Positions 25,620 to 35,483 of a stretch of DNA of 64,000 nt are shown piece by piece. This DNA comes from a bacterium (GTDB taxonomy: Bacteria > Patescibacteriota > Microgenomatia > Curtissbacterales > GWA2-41-24). Location of the stretch: contig JAKAJD010000002.1 in assembly GCA_021813945.1 (NCBI GenBank), positions 33,343-97,342 on the forward strand, read 5' to 3'. Both the position numbers and the translations under genes were made by a program. The notes below the pieces were generated by a model, which was not told the origin of the DNA, searched no databases, and saw only the letters and a program-made list of their open reading frames with translations. Numbering within the stretch: the first letter of the stretch is position 1; every line of letters starts with the position of its first letter.

Positions 25620-28490
25620 ATGGAACCAACTGCCCCAAAGAAGCTGCATATATTAATAACTAATGCTGGTTCATATTTAGGGGCTTCGCTTTCAAAAGTT
25701 TTTTTATCCGAAGGCCACGTTGTTTTTGGTGTAGGAAATCTAAGTCCAACAGATGAAGTTTTAAAAAACCCCAATTTCACGTTTGCACAGCTAGATTTAG
25801 CCCAACCGATCCCTGCCCAATTCCCACACTTTGATTTAATTTTCAATCTGGTAAACGAACTCCCTCAAATAGGAAGTTTCAATCTATCTTCAAGTTTGCC
25901 GCCCCAAACAGCTAATTTGCTAAACATCGCCAAAGAGGGTAAAACTAAAGTTTTTTTTCTCGCTCCAATCACCTCAAATCCACAAATTTTTGAACATCTC
26001 GCACACGATCAAAATTTAAAGGAGAATCTAAAACTTCTTTTAGTGGGCAACGTTTACGGTCAAGATATGCCAGTTGTTCTTTCATGGGTAAATAACGCAA
26101 GTAAAAACGATTACTTTTCCGAGGGCAATATTCTTGCAAATCTAATTGGCCAAGCCTCCAAAACGGATAAAGTCATTCTAGAAAAGGAAGGTATAGAAAT
26201 GATCTACCCTACTTATATTGAAGATGCAACAGACGCAATTAAAAAACTCATTTTCTCAAAAGACCACAAAAACGTAAGATTTATTGTTTCACAACCAGCG
26301 GTAAGATCCCTTTCTGCAGCCTATGAAATTCAAACAGCAGCCAGAAGCGTGCTCTCAAAAGAGCTTAAACTCTTTTTTGCCGGAGAAAAACAACTTATAG
26401 AAAAAGTTCCGGAACCTATTATCAGAACATCAGATCTGGGGTACTCACCGAAATTCAACCTTCAAGAAGGTTTAAAATTAACCCTCGAATCGCTCAAAGA
26501 AAGAGAATTGGTTTCATACCAAGCAGCTTTTCAGCCTACTTTAAAATTAGAAACCCAGCATTCGCAAGCTATTGAACAAAAAAAGCAAAATCTCGCAAAA
26601 TCTTCTAAAAAAATTTTTAAAATGCCCAAACTTACAAACCGCTTTAACTTTAAAAAAGCGCTCTTTGCAGCAGCAGTAATAATAATTTTAATAATTGTCA
26701 AAACTGCCATAGATACCATTTGGGCGGTTCATAACCTGTCACAAGCAAAAATCGAAATAATGGCAGGAAATTTTAATAAAGCGCAAAAAGAAGCAGACTC
26801 AGCTGCTAAATCATTTAAAGCAGCCTACAATAAAGCAGCGATTTTAACATACCCAGTTAAGATTTTTTACAAAAAATCGCCGTCCCCAGCAGAAGTGTTT
26901 CTGGCAGCGCAAAAAAGTGCCCAATCAGCATCTTTTTTTATTCAAGGAACACAGTCATTTACTCAAAATATCAAATCTATTTTTGATAAAAACATGAATA
27001 CAGATTCAAACTATGACATTCCGACTGTTGACTATCAAAATGCCTACTTACTTTCATCTCAGTCAGAAGAATTGCTCAAAAACCTGCCTGTTCAGTTTCC
27101 GAAGTCAAAAATCGAAGCGGCAGAGAATTCAATTCAGACCTTAAAAAATCTTTCGCAGTCTGCGCTTGAACTGGTAAATTTCACAAATGACTTTGTTTCT
27201 CAAGACGGTAAAAAAACATATCTCGTACTTTTAGAAAACAATACTGAACTTAGACCAGGCGGCGGCTTTATCGGAAGTTACGCCATCGTTAATTTTGAAA
27301 AAGGCAAATTTCAGGATGTAATCGTTAGCGACATTTACAATATTGACGGCCAACTTAAGGAAAAAATTACTCCACCAGCTCAATTAACAGAAAAACTCGG
27401 TATCAAACAGCTTTATCTTCGTGATTCCAACTGGAGCACTGATTTTGCATTAAATGCAGCAACAGCCAAAGATTTTTACAAAAAGGAAACCGGTTCAGAC
27501 ATCAACGGTGTCATCTCAACTGATCTGACCTATATCCAGTGGCTTTTGGACAAAATTGGTCCCATCAAGCTTTCTGACTACAATGAGACAATAACCGCCC
27601 AAAATATTTTTGAAAGAGGAGAATACCATTCTGAAGTTGGCTTTTTCCCCGGATCAACACAAAAGAAGGATTTCTTCGCCACATTAACTGGTAGCCTTTT
27701 TCAAAATATTACAACCAACTTGGCCTCCACCCCGACTAAAGATCACCCGGCTCCTTGGGCCGGTATAATTCTGGCTACCAAAGACGCACTTGACCAGTCT
27801 CATTTAATGCTTTCTTTTGACGATCAAAATTTAGCCTCTTTTGTAAAAGGTAAAGGCTGGGATCATCCTCTTCCACCAACATTTTACAATCCGACAGACG
27901 ACACCAAAGGCACTCGAGATTTCCTGGCTCTTTCAGAAGCCAATCTCGGTGCAAATAAAGTCAACAGACTCATAGAAAGGAGCATTGACTACGAAATGAC
28001 AATCGGCAAAGACGCAGACTTGGTCGCAAAATTGAAAATAACTTACAAAAACAACAGCCAGGCAGACACTTGGCCAGCAGGAAAATACACTAATTATCTA
28101 AGAGTCTATACCCCATTTGCATCAAGCCTTTTCGCAATCCAAAACGGTGATGATACTAACCTCAAAGACGTTGAAGTTACAAATCAAAACAGTATGACAG
28201 TTTTTGGAACCTATGTGGAAGTACCAATTAAATCAACAAAAACAATCACCTTTACATACCGCATTCCTAAAAATATTAAACTGGAACAAGCTCCTTCTTA
28301 TAATTTTTACATTCAAAAACAGCCTGGAACAGATAAAGACCCTCTAGCCTTCCATTTTAATCTACCAGGCTATCTTGCAGTTAAATCAGTAAATGGTGAG
28401 CAGCAGTCATATCAAGATAAACAAAACATCCAAGTCAACACGGACCTTTCAGTAGATAGACGCTATGAAATAGATTTACTAAAAAAGTGA
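25620..28490 (+). CDS. Fusion protein: N-terminal NAD-dependent epimerase/dehydratase-like Rossmann domain + TM + C-terminal DUF4012 domain
   Basis: N-terminal LHILITNAGSYLGASL. The C-terminal segment LLENNTELRPGGGFIGSYAIVNF is the DUF4012 signature. Confidence 0.6.
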   Translation: MEPTAPKKLHILITNAGSYLGASLSKVFLSEGHVVFGVGNLSPTDEVLKNPNFTFAQLDLAQPIPAQFPHFDLIFNLVNELPQIGSFNLSSSLPPQTANLLNIAKEGKTKVFFLAPITSNPQIFEHLAHDQNLKENLKLLLVGNVYGQDMPVVLSWVNNASKNDYFSEGNILANLIGQASKTDKVILEKEGIEMIYPTYIEDATDAIKKLIFSKDHKNVRFIVSQPAVRSLSAAYEIQTAARSVLSKELKLFFAGEKQLIEKVPEPIIRTSDLGYSPKFNLQEGLKLTLESLKERELVSYQAAFQPTLKLETQHSQAIEQKKQNLAKSSKKIFKMPKLTNRFNFKKALFAAAVIIILIIVKTAIDTIWAVHNLSQAKIEIMAGNFNKAQKEADSAAKSFKAAYNKAAILTYPVKIFYKKSPSPAEVFLAAQKSAQSASFFIQGTQSFTQNIKSIFDKNMNTDSNYDIPTVDYQNAYLLSSQSEELLKNLPVQFPKSKIEAAENSIQTLKNLSQSALELVNFTNDFVSQDGKKTYLVLLENNTELRPGGGFIGSYAIVNFEKGKFQDVIVSDIYNIDGQLKEKITPPAQLTEKLGIKQLYLRDSNWSTDFALNAATAKDFYKKETGSDINGVISTDLTYIQWLLDKIGPIKLSDYNETITAQNIFERGEYHSEVGFFPGSTQKKDFFATLTGSLFQNITTNLASTPTKDHPAPWAGIILATKDALDQSHLMLSFDDQNLASFVKGKGWDHPLPPTFYNPTDDTKGTRDFLALSEANLGANKVNRLIERSIDYEMTIGKDADLVAKLKITYKNNSQADTWPAGKYTNYLRVYTPFASSLFAIQNGDDTNLKDVEVTNQNSMTVFGTYVEVPIKSTKTITFTYRIPKNIKLEQAPSYNFYIQKQPGTDKDPLAFHFNLPGYLAVKSVNGEQQSYQDKQNIQVNTDLSVDRRYEIDLLKK

Positions 28491-28571
28491 GTTGACCGCA
28501 AAGTCCTATATTTGTTATCATCCACCAGATGGACCTTCTAAATGGGGTCCATGCTTATTAAAAAAGAAACT

Positions 28572-29309
28572 ATGGAACAAACACCGTTGGCAGCACAAGC
28601 AAGAACGACTCTTGGCCGCAAGGTTAAAAAACTAAGGGCGGAAGGCCTCATCCCGGCTCACGTTTTTGGCCACAAAATAACAACCACCCATGTCCAGGTC
28701 AAATCTAGCGACTTTTCTAAGGTTTTCGAAAAAGTCGGAGAAACGGGAATTATCGATCTTACTGTCGATGGAAAAAAGAAACCAGTCTTGGTTAAAAACG
28801 TGCAAATACATCCTGTTTCCGGCGAGCCTCTACATATTGATTTCTATCAGGTTAACCTTTCTGAAAAAGTCAAAGTCAATGTGCCTTTGGAAATCACAGG
28901 CGAAGCACCAGCAGTTGAAAAGAAAATCGGCCTTCTTCTAACTCCTGTTTCAGAAATCGAAATTGAAGCGCTGCCTGCAGACCTTCCAGAAAATATCCAA
29001 GTAGATATTTCTAAACTGGAAAATATCGGCGACGAAATTAGAATTAAAGACCTTAAAATTGATAGGTCAAAAATTGAAATTCATACAGATGAAGAATTAA
29101 TTGTCGCCTCAATCGGAGAGCTCGTTACCAAAGAAATGGAAGCCCTTGAAGCGGAAGTTGAAGCCGAACAAGCAGAAGCAGCAGCCGAGTCAGCAGCGGC
29201 TGAGGGGGCAGAAGCTCCTGCAGAAGGCGAACAGAAAGCAGAAGGGGAACCCACTCCAGCAGAAGGTGGAGAATCCACCGAAAAACCTCAAGAAGAAAAG
29301 TCAGAATAA
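28572..29309 (+). CDS. rplY: 50S ribosomal protein L25 / general stress protein Ctc with an acidic Ala/Glu-rich C-terminal extension
   Basis: LAAQARTTLGRKVKKLRAEGLIPAHVFGHK matches the L25 N-terminus. Start moved to the Met at 28572. Confidence 0.8.
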   Translation: MEQTPLAAQARTTLGRKVKKLRAEGLIPAHVFGHKITTTHVQVKSSDFSKVFEKVGETGIIDLTVDGKKKPVLVKNVQIHPVSGEPLHIDFYQVNLSEKVKVNVPLEITGEAPAVEKKIGLLLTPVSEIEIEALPADLPENIQVDISKLENIGDEIRIKDLKIDRSKIEIHTDEELIVASIGELVTKEMEALEAEVEAEQAEAAAESAAAEGAEAPAEGEQKAEGEPTPAEGGESTEKPQEEKSE

Positions 29310-29474
29310 GTGCGGATAAATTTGCCTCTGTCAATTTTTTATACTGAGGAGTGTAACGACCAAGTGCGGTAATTATTGCGTTAAATATGCGTTAATATTG
29401 AACGTCTTGAGGGAAGTCGTAGGACGGATATTATGCGGTAATCTTGTTTACACTGAATGTAATGAAGTACAGAA

Positions 29475-31574
29475 TTATTTTGAGGTAGATGGCCAGTCCT
29501 CTATCATTATCGATTTTCTCTTAATTTCAAACTTTTGATACAACTCTTCTGTCAAAAACGGCATAAACGGATGCAGCAAAATCAAAACTTCCTTTAGTAC
29601 ATACTCTAGTGTCGGTTGTGCCTCTACCCTTCTTCCCTTTGACTGCTCAATATATTTGTCCGCAAATTGATGCCAAACAAATTCATAAATCTCATCCACT
29701 GCCAAATGTAATTCTAAAGATTCCAGATTTTTAGTCACCTTTTTAATAGTTTTTATTAATTCAGCCTCAATCCAAATATCATCCGCGTTTATAGTTTTAA
29801 CTTTTGAACTTTCAGATTTAAGATCAATTACATACCGCGCAACATTCCTCAACTTTGTCCCAAAATTACGAAAATTCTTTCCCCTCTCATCAAGCGAGGC
29901 TTTACTCACCCTCCCGTCACGCCCCGGGATTGCATATGTATAAAGTGCCATTCTGGTTGCATCCACTCCCCAATTGTCGATCAAATATTGCGGATCTATA
30001 CCATTGCCTAATGATTTTGAAAACTTTCGTCCCTCCAAATCTCTAAGCATCCCATGGAAAAACATTGTTTTAAAAGGAATATCATCGACAAAATATTTCG
30101 AAAGCATAATCATTCTGGCGATCCAAAGGTATTTAATTTCCGGGGCCGTTATTTCAAAATCCCAAGGAAAAAACTTAGCAAGGTCCGGATCAAATTCCCC
30201 TTTACCCTTTGAGGGTTCACCCTGAGCATTAGCGAAGGGCCACCCTAAAGTGGACATTGGCCAAAGGCCGGAAGAAAACCAGGTGTCTAAAACCTGTTCG
30301 TCCTGTTCCCATCCTTTACCCGGAGAATCAAGTGAAACTTTCATCTCACCGTCTTTATACCAAACAGGTATTCTATGCCCCCACCAAAGCGACCTGGAAA
30401 TACACCAGTCGTGAATCGAATCGAGCCATTCCACTAAAATCTTTTTGTAGTTTTTCGGCAAAAATTTAATCTTGTCGGAATTGATCTCATGAACAGCTTC
30501 TTTTGCAATCTCCCCTACTTTTACAAACCATTCTTCAGATATCAGAGGTTCAACAACGCTTTTGCACCTTTCGCAAACAGCAACGTTGTGGACGTAATCT
30601 TCAGTTTTGACAAGGATCCCCTTTTCCTCAAGTTCCCCAAGCATTGCCTCCCTCGCCTCGAGAACTTTCATGCCGGCATATTTTCCGGCAATATCGGTCA
30701 GTCGACCGTGTTTATCAATCACTTGAACAATAGGTAAATTATGGCGCTTGCCAATCTCGTAATCGGCAAAGTCATGACCAGGGGTGACCTTAATAACTCC
30801 TGTACCAAATTCAGGATCGACTGCCTTGTCTGAAACGACTTTCATTTTCTTTTTTCCAGCTAACGTTTCAATTTCAAATTCTTTGCCAACATATTGTTTG
30901 TACCTCTTGTCATCCGGATGAACCGCCATTGCCGTGTCGCCAAATTTCGTTTCGGGTCTTGCTGTCGCCAAAGTTAGTGGTCCGTATTTTAGAAAGTACA
31001 ATTTTTCTTTTCTTTCCTCGTACTCCAGCTCCGCGTTTTCTATAGCCGTATTATCTTTTGGACACCACTGGACTATGTATGGCCCTTTATAAATGAGCCC
31101 CCTATCCCAAAAAGTTTTAAACTCAAAAAAAACGGCTTTTCTTGGACCCTCATCCAAAGTAAAAACTTCCCGAGACCAATCAGCAGAAATTCCTAAAAAT
31201 CTCCAGGTGTGCGAAACGGATTTGTAAACTTCCTCTTTAAATTTCCAAGCTTCTTCAAGCCACTTTTCTCGACCCAACTTTTGTTTGGAAAGCTTTTCTC
31301 GTGCAATTTTCTTGTCGAAGGTTGACTCAAACTGAATGCCGGCGTGATCAACACCCGGAAGCAGTAAAACATTAAAACCTTGGAACCTCTTAAATCTTGC
31401 AACAGCATCGAGTACTGAATGCTGCATCGCGTGGCCAAGGTGTAACTCGCCGGTCAAATTAGGCGGAGGCATCAATAGGGAATAGGTCGGCTTTTTGGAT
31501 TTTATATCAGCGCCGAAATATCCATTATCTTCCCAAAATTTGTAAATATTTTTTGCGTCAAAACCACTCTTCAT
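29475..31574 (-). CDS. valS: Valyl-tRNA synthetase (compact, 699 aa)
   Basis: PPPNLTGELHLGHA (HIGH), GVDHAGIQFE, and KFSKSLGN (KMSKS). Confidence 0.85.
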   Translation of the reverse strand: MKSGFDAKNIYKFWEDNGYFGADIKSKKPTYSLLMPPPNLTGELHLGHAMQHSVLDAVARFKRFQGFNVLLLPGVDHAGIQFESTFDKKIAREKLSKQKLGREKWLEEAWKFKEEVYKSVSHTWRFLGISADWSREVFTLDEGPRKAVFFEFKTFWDRGLIYKGPYIVQWCPKDNTAIENAELEYEERKEKLYFLKYGPLTLATARPETKFGDTAMAVHPDDKRYKQYVGKEFEIETLAGKKKMKVVSDKAVDPEFGTGVIKVTPGHDFADYEIGKRHNLPIVQVIDKHGRLTDIAGKYAGMKVLEAREAMLGELEEKGILVKTEDYVHNVAVCERCKSVVEPLISEEWFVKVGEIAKEAVHEINSDKIKFLPKNYKKILVEWLDSIHDWCISRSLWWGHRIPVWYKDGEMKVSLDSPGKGWEQDEQVLDTWFSSGLWPMSTLGWPFANAQGEPSKGKGEFDPDLAKFFPWDFEITAPEIKYLWIARMIMLSKYFVDDIPFKTMFFHGMLRDLEGRKFSKSLGNGIDPQYLIDNWGVDATRMALYTYAIPGRDGRVSKASLDERGKNFRNFGTKLRNVARYVIDLKSESSKVKTINADDIWIEAELIKTIKKVTKNLESLELHLAVDEIYEFVWHQFADKYIEQSKGRRVEAQPTLEYVLKEVLILLHPFMPFLTEELYQKFEIKRKSIMIEDWPSTSK

Positions 31575-31946
31575 ATTTGCGCTTTCACGTCACAGAGAAA
31601 TTGGCCTGCTCCCACGTGCAAAAAAAAGGTCAAAATCTGAGTCATGTGGATAACATTAATGTCCTTATTCTACTTTCTAATTATTGCAGAGTCTATAAAA
31701 TATGTGAAATGCCGTGAAAGCTAAGTTTTAAAAAAAAATTAAAAACTCACAAAAGCCACAAAATTATCAAAAATATTCTAAATCTTAGAATTCTCTATAA
31801 ATTGCACAGTTTTTAAATGTAATCTTTCCCGCCAGAGGAAATGCTGGGAGATATTATTTCCTGTTCTAAGACCGTCGAAATAGTTTGTTTTGACGTACAA
31901 TTTAGCATAAAACGATTTTGAAAAATGGAGTGAAAATTTAGATGAT

Positions 31947-32951
31947 TCAATCAAAATGAAGGCCACTATCTGCTTGAATTGTCAAAGGATCAACAGGTTT
32001 GCCAGCAAAAAATGCGGCAGCTGCTATCATTGCTCCATTATCAACACTAAATCCGATTTTAGGAAAGTAGACTTCGGTTTTTGTTTCGCTCGCTACCCTT
32101 AAAAGGGCCCTCCTTAGCCTTTTATTGGCAGCTACACCCCCTCCTATAACTAGCGAGCGAACTTTATACGAAGTTGCAGACTTTTTAACCCGAGATGCAA
32201 TCGAGTCAACAACGGCATTTTCAAAGTAAAAAGCAACCATTGAAATATAATTATTTGTTAATTTAAGATGATTTTTCTCAACATATCTTACAACTGCAGT
32301 TTTTATACCTGAAAAAGAAAAGTCGGAATTATCCTTTCCTGCCATACTAACAGGAAAAGGATTTTTGCCTGCCACGCCACAGAAGCCTATTGCAGCTTTT
32401 TCAATTTGCGGCCCACCTGGGTAGGGAAGTCCCAAATACCTTGCAACCTTGTCAAATGCTTCTCCGGCAGCATCGTCCAGTGTAGATCCAATAAGATTAA
32501 AGTCTCTACTGTTTCTCATGTAAACTAAATCTGTGTGGCCACCAGAAACAACAAGTCCGATTAGCGGGAATTGTGGCAATCTTTTTGCTTCTAGCCAATT
32601 TGAGTAAATATGGCCAACCAGGTGGTTTACAGGAATTAAAGGCTTTTCCCAAGCTAACGCTAAAGCTTTTGCACTCTCGACTCCAACCAAAAGAGAGCCT
32701 ATTAGCCCTGGCCCGTATGAAACGGCTATGGCATCAATTGAATCAAAGTTAACGTCTTTGACAGCGGAAGCCAAAGTAGGGACTAAAACCTTAACTTGCT
32801 CACGTGCCGCAACCTCAGGTACTACACCACCAAATCTTGCATGCTCCAAAGCAGAGGTGGCCAAGCTGTTTGCCAAAACTTTTGTGCCATTTTCAACTAC
32901 AGCAGCGCCTGTCTCGTCACAAGTAGATTCTATTCCCAGAATTTTCATCAA
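31947..32951 (-). CDS. tsaD: tRNA N6-adenosine threonylcarbamoyltransferase TsaD (Kae1/YgjD family)
   Basis: MMKILGIESTCDETGAAVV and HxxGH metal-binding motifs. Confidence 0.9.
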   Translation of the reverse strand: MMKILGIESTCDETGAAVVENGTKVLANSLATSALEHARFGGVVPEVAAREQVKVLVPTLASAVKDVNFDSIDAIAVSYGPGLIGSLLVGVESAKALALAWEKPLIPVNHLVGHIYSNWLEAKRLPQFPLIGLVVSGGHTDLVYMRNSRDFNLIGSTLDDAAGEAFDKVARYLGLPYPGGPQIEKAAIGFCGVAGKNPFPVSMAGKDNSDFSFSGIKTAVVRYVEKNHLKLTNNYISMVAFYFENAVVDSIASRVKKSATSYKVRSLVIGGGVAANKRLRRALLRVASETKTEVYFPKIGFSVDNGAMIAAAAFFAGKPVDPLTIQADSGLHFD

Positions 32952-32953
32952 AA

Positions 32954-33490
32954 TTAAAGCTGGAAGCTGGCAATATCACCTTCGTGAATGCCGTATAAAT
33001 CCGAAAGACCCGCATTAACCTCAAGCACATACTTTGCAGCACCGGCGGGCTTGTACTGTGTAAGCTGAAGGTCATTTTTTCCAAGTTCCGGTGAGAGATT
33101 TTTGGCAATACTCACAACTTTTTTGCTTTCGTCAATCCATATAATATCAATTGCGAATTTCATGTCTTTCATCCAAAAAACATAAGAGTCACTTTTGTCA
33201 AAAACAAAAAGCATACCTTGATCAAGGGGCAGGGAATCGACCTTTGAAAGCCCTTTTTGGCGATCACTGGAATTAGCTGCAATCTTGGCCTTAACGTTAA
33301 GCTTGCCGATTGAAACATTAGTCGCATCAGTGGAAATCTTTGTGCTTGTCCCGGAAGCGGAAGACGTACCGCTAACACCAAAACCGCCGCGCAAAATTCC
33401 GGTAGTCCCAAAAAAATTTCCAAATAGAATAAGAACTATAATAATGACGAACAGACCACCGATTACAGAAAGATCTTTCTTCACAAGCAA
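32954..33490 (-). CDS. DUF192-family secreted/membrane-anchored protein
   Basis: QGMLFVFDK...FWMKDMKFAIDIIWID matches the DUF192 core. Confidence 0.7.
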   Translation of the reverse strand: MLVKKDLSVIGGLFVIIIVLILFGNFFGTTGILRGGFGVSGTSSASGTSTKISTDATNVSIGKLNVKAKIAANSSDRQKGLSKVDSLPLDQGMLFVFDKSDSYVFWMKDMKFAIDIIWIDESKKVVSIAKNLSPELGKNDLQLTQYKPAGAAKYVLEVNAGLSDLYGIHEGDIASFQL

Positions 33491-33525
33491 AATTATATAT
33501 CAGTTGAAGATATTTAAGAAGAATC

Positions 33526-35400
33526 TTAACCAGTTCCGACCAAAAATACTGCTTGCCAAGGTTTGAAATTAGAGTAAAAAGCCTTATCAATCACCAGTTG
33601 GTCTCCTTTGTAGACTTTTTGCGTAAAGGCACTTTTGGCACCCCAGGCTGCAAAATCAACTTGCTTGACTGTTCCTTTTGGCAAGCTAGGGTCATCTTGA
33701 TATAAAGGTGGCGGGGGAGGGACCTGACTTGTGATTATCGGGTCGGAGATCTCAACACGTCTACCGTCTAATGTTCCATAAATATCAACCTCAATTTTAG
33801 CGTTCGCAGGATCCATAACGGCTTGAATCAAAATATGTTTCTCTGTGTCGTTTTTAAATTTTAAATCGACAGAAGGGGACCATATGGTTGCATCAAGTCC
33901 AGCCCCAAATCCGCGTTGCTCGTAATAGCCGACTCTGTAAGCATGGGCAGTTCTCTCAAGTATTGGAAAACCTGCATTCAAAGCCGCCCTAAAAACCGTT
34001 GTTGAAACCTGGCAAATTCCGCCCCCGTCGTCTAAAACAGTTCTTCCCGAAGAAATTACATAGGCTTGTTTAAAACCTTGAGCGGCAGAAACCGGCCCAA
34101 CTAGTTTATCAAAAGAAAAGGTTTCACCAGGCGGTACTAAAGTGCCGCTTATAAGACTGGCCCCCAAGCCGATATTGAATATTCTGTTTGGAATCGATCC
34201 AGCGTAATAAGAAACACCTCGGCCAATGAGATCTTTAATACCTAAAGAGTTTACCTCAGGGTTTGCAATCTCTGCTTTTGTAATATGTACAGGTAGATCA
34301 ATGTTAATATTTTTAGCTTCATCTATATTTTCGATAGACACTTTTGAAAGCAGCAAATTTTTAGTTTGCAAAACATCCAGCTTTTGCCCATCCTGTGCAG
34401 GCTGAAATTGTGTAATTTTTCCATTTTCAAATTTTAAGGTTGCATTAACTGTTGGCTTATTAACGCTTGTCGCGATATCAGCTATAAATGCATCGAGTTT
34501 CTGCTGATTCAGTGATAAATCTAGTTCAGGAGGTGAAGCAGAATCTATGCTTGCAGTTTTAATATAGATATCACTACCCAAATTTAATGACATAAAACTT
34601 CCGTCTTCATAATCTGTAGGTTGAAATTGCAAAATCGAAAGCAAACTCTCTCCGGTTAAATTCCACTTGTCGTAGCCATAAACTAAGTTGATATTTCGCG
34701 CATTTAGCTCGTTCACTTTTACTAAAGCTTTCTGCGCTTGCTCCTTGGCAATAATCGGCTTAATTTCAATCATTTCAGCCTTAATTGGCGCATGGGAGAG
34801 GTTGTTAATATCTGCCTTTAGATTATCAGCGAGTAAAGATTCATCAATTACTTTCCCCGTGATTTCATCAACAATCACTGGTTTTGCTCCAGAAATGTCA
34901 ATGGATGCATCTTTAGCCGCTTTCTCAAACGAAGAAAGCTTCGAGGACAAATTTTGAGAAAACAAATCATAATCAACTGCATACGAAGGCGATATGTTAA
35001 CAGGTCGAAATGGCAAGATCAGTCTCTGAACGAATATCGAAGCCGGTTCGCCACTTCTGCCTATTTCCATCAGGCGATTTAAAGTCTTTTGCTTATCGAA
35101 AGAAAATCCCAATTCAGAATCTGTAATACTGAAACTTTTATTATCCACATTAACAACAAGTGGGCTATTTTTAAAATTATCTATAGTATTTGATACGAAA
35201 ATGCCCGCCTGCTGCTGGTCCATTCCCATCATGCTTTTTCCAGCAAAATAAACACCCGGAACAATTTTATTGGCGTAGTAAAGGTTATAAATTAAAATGA
35301 GGAATAAAACAAAGAATCCAACTCCGATTAAGACGAACTTATATTTCTTTAAAAAGAGTGGTTTCGAAGCATTTATTTCTTTTTTTTTCGGTCTGGGCAT
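33526..35400 (-). CDS. VanW-domain protein, membrane-anchored
   Basis: N-terminal TM. The C-terminal GGGICQVSTTVFRAALNAGFPILERTAHAYRVGYY is a VanW signature. Confidence 0.8.
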   Translation of the reverse strand: MPRPKKKEINASKPLFLKKYKFVLIGVGFFVLFLILIYNLYYANKIVPGVYFAGKSMMGMDQQQAGIFVSNTIDNFKNSPLVVNVDNKSFSITDSELGFSFDKQKTLNRLMEIGRSGEPASIFVQRLILPFRPVNISPSYAVDYDLFSQNLSSKLSSFEKAAKDASIDISGAKPVIVDEITGKVIDESLLADNLKADINNLSHAPIKAEMIEIKPIIAKEQAQKALVKVNELNARNINLVYGYDKWNLTGESLLSILQFQPTDYEDGSFMSLNLGSDIYIKTASIDSASPPELDLSLNQQKLDAFIADIATSVNKPTVNATLKFENGKITQFQPAQDGQKLDVLQTKNLLLSKVSIENIDEAKNINIDLPVHITKAEIANPEVNSLGIKDLIGRGVSYYAGSIPNRIFNIGLGASLISGTLVPPGETFSFDKLVGPVSAAQGFKQAYVISSGRTVLDDGGGICQVSTTVFRAALNAGFPILERTAHAYRVGYYEQRGFGAGLDATIWSPSVDLKFKNDTEKHILIQAVMDPANAKIEVDIYGTLDGRRVEISDPIITSQVPPPPPLYQDDPSLPKGTVKQVDFAAWGAKSAFTQKVYKGDQLVIDKAFYSNFKPWQAVFLVGTG

Positions 35401-35483
35401 GAATTGAAAATCGAATAATTTGTAAGCGTCTTGGCTCTGAGCTTATGATATCATAGAAATAGGCCAGTCTATATTCAAATTAC

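Noticed and set aside
31645-31653. Perfect DnaA box TGTGGATAA upstream of valS
   Set aside because: A single isolated 9-mer. Roughly 0.5 such matches are expected by chance in 64 kb on two strands, and no AT-rich DUE or clustered boxes are nearby.
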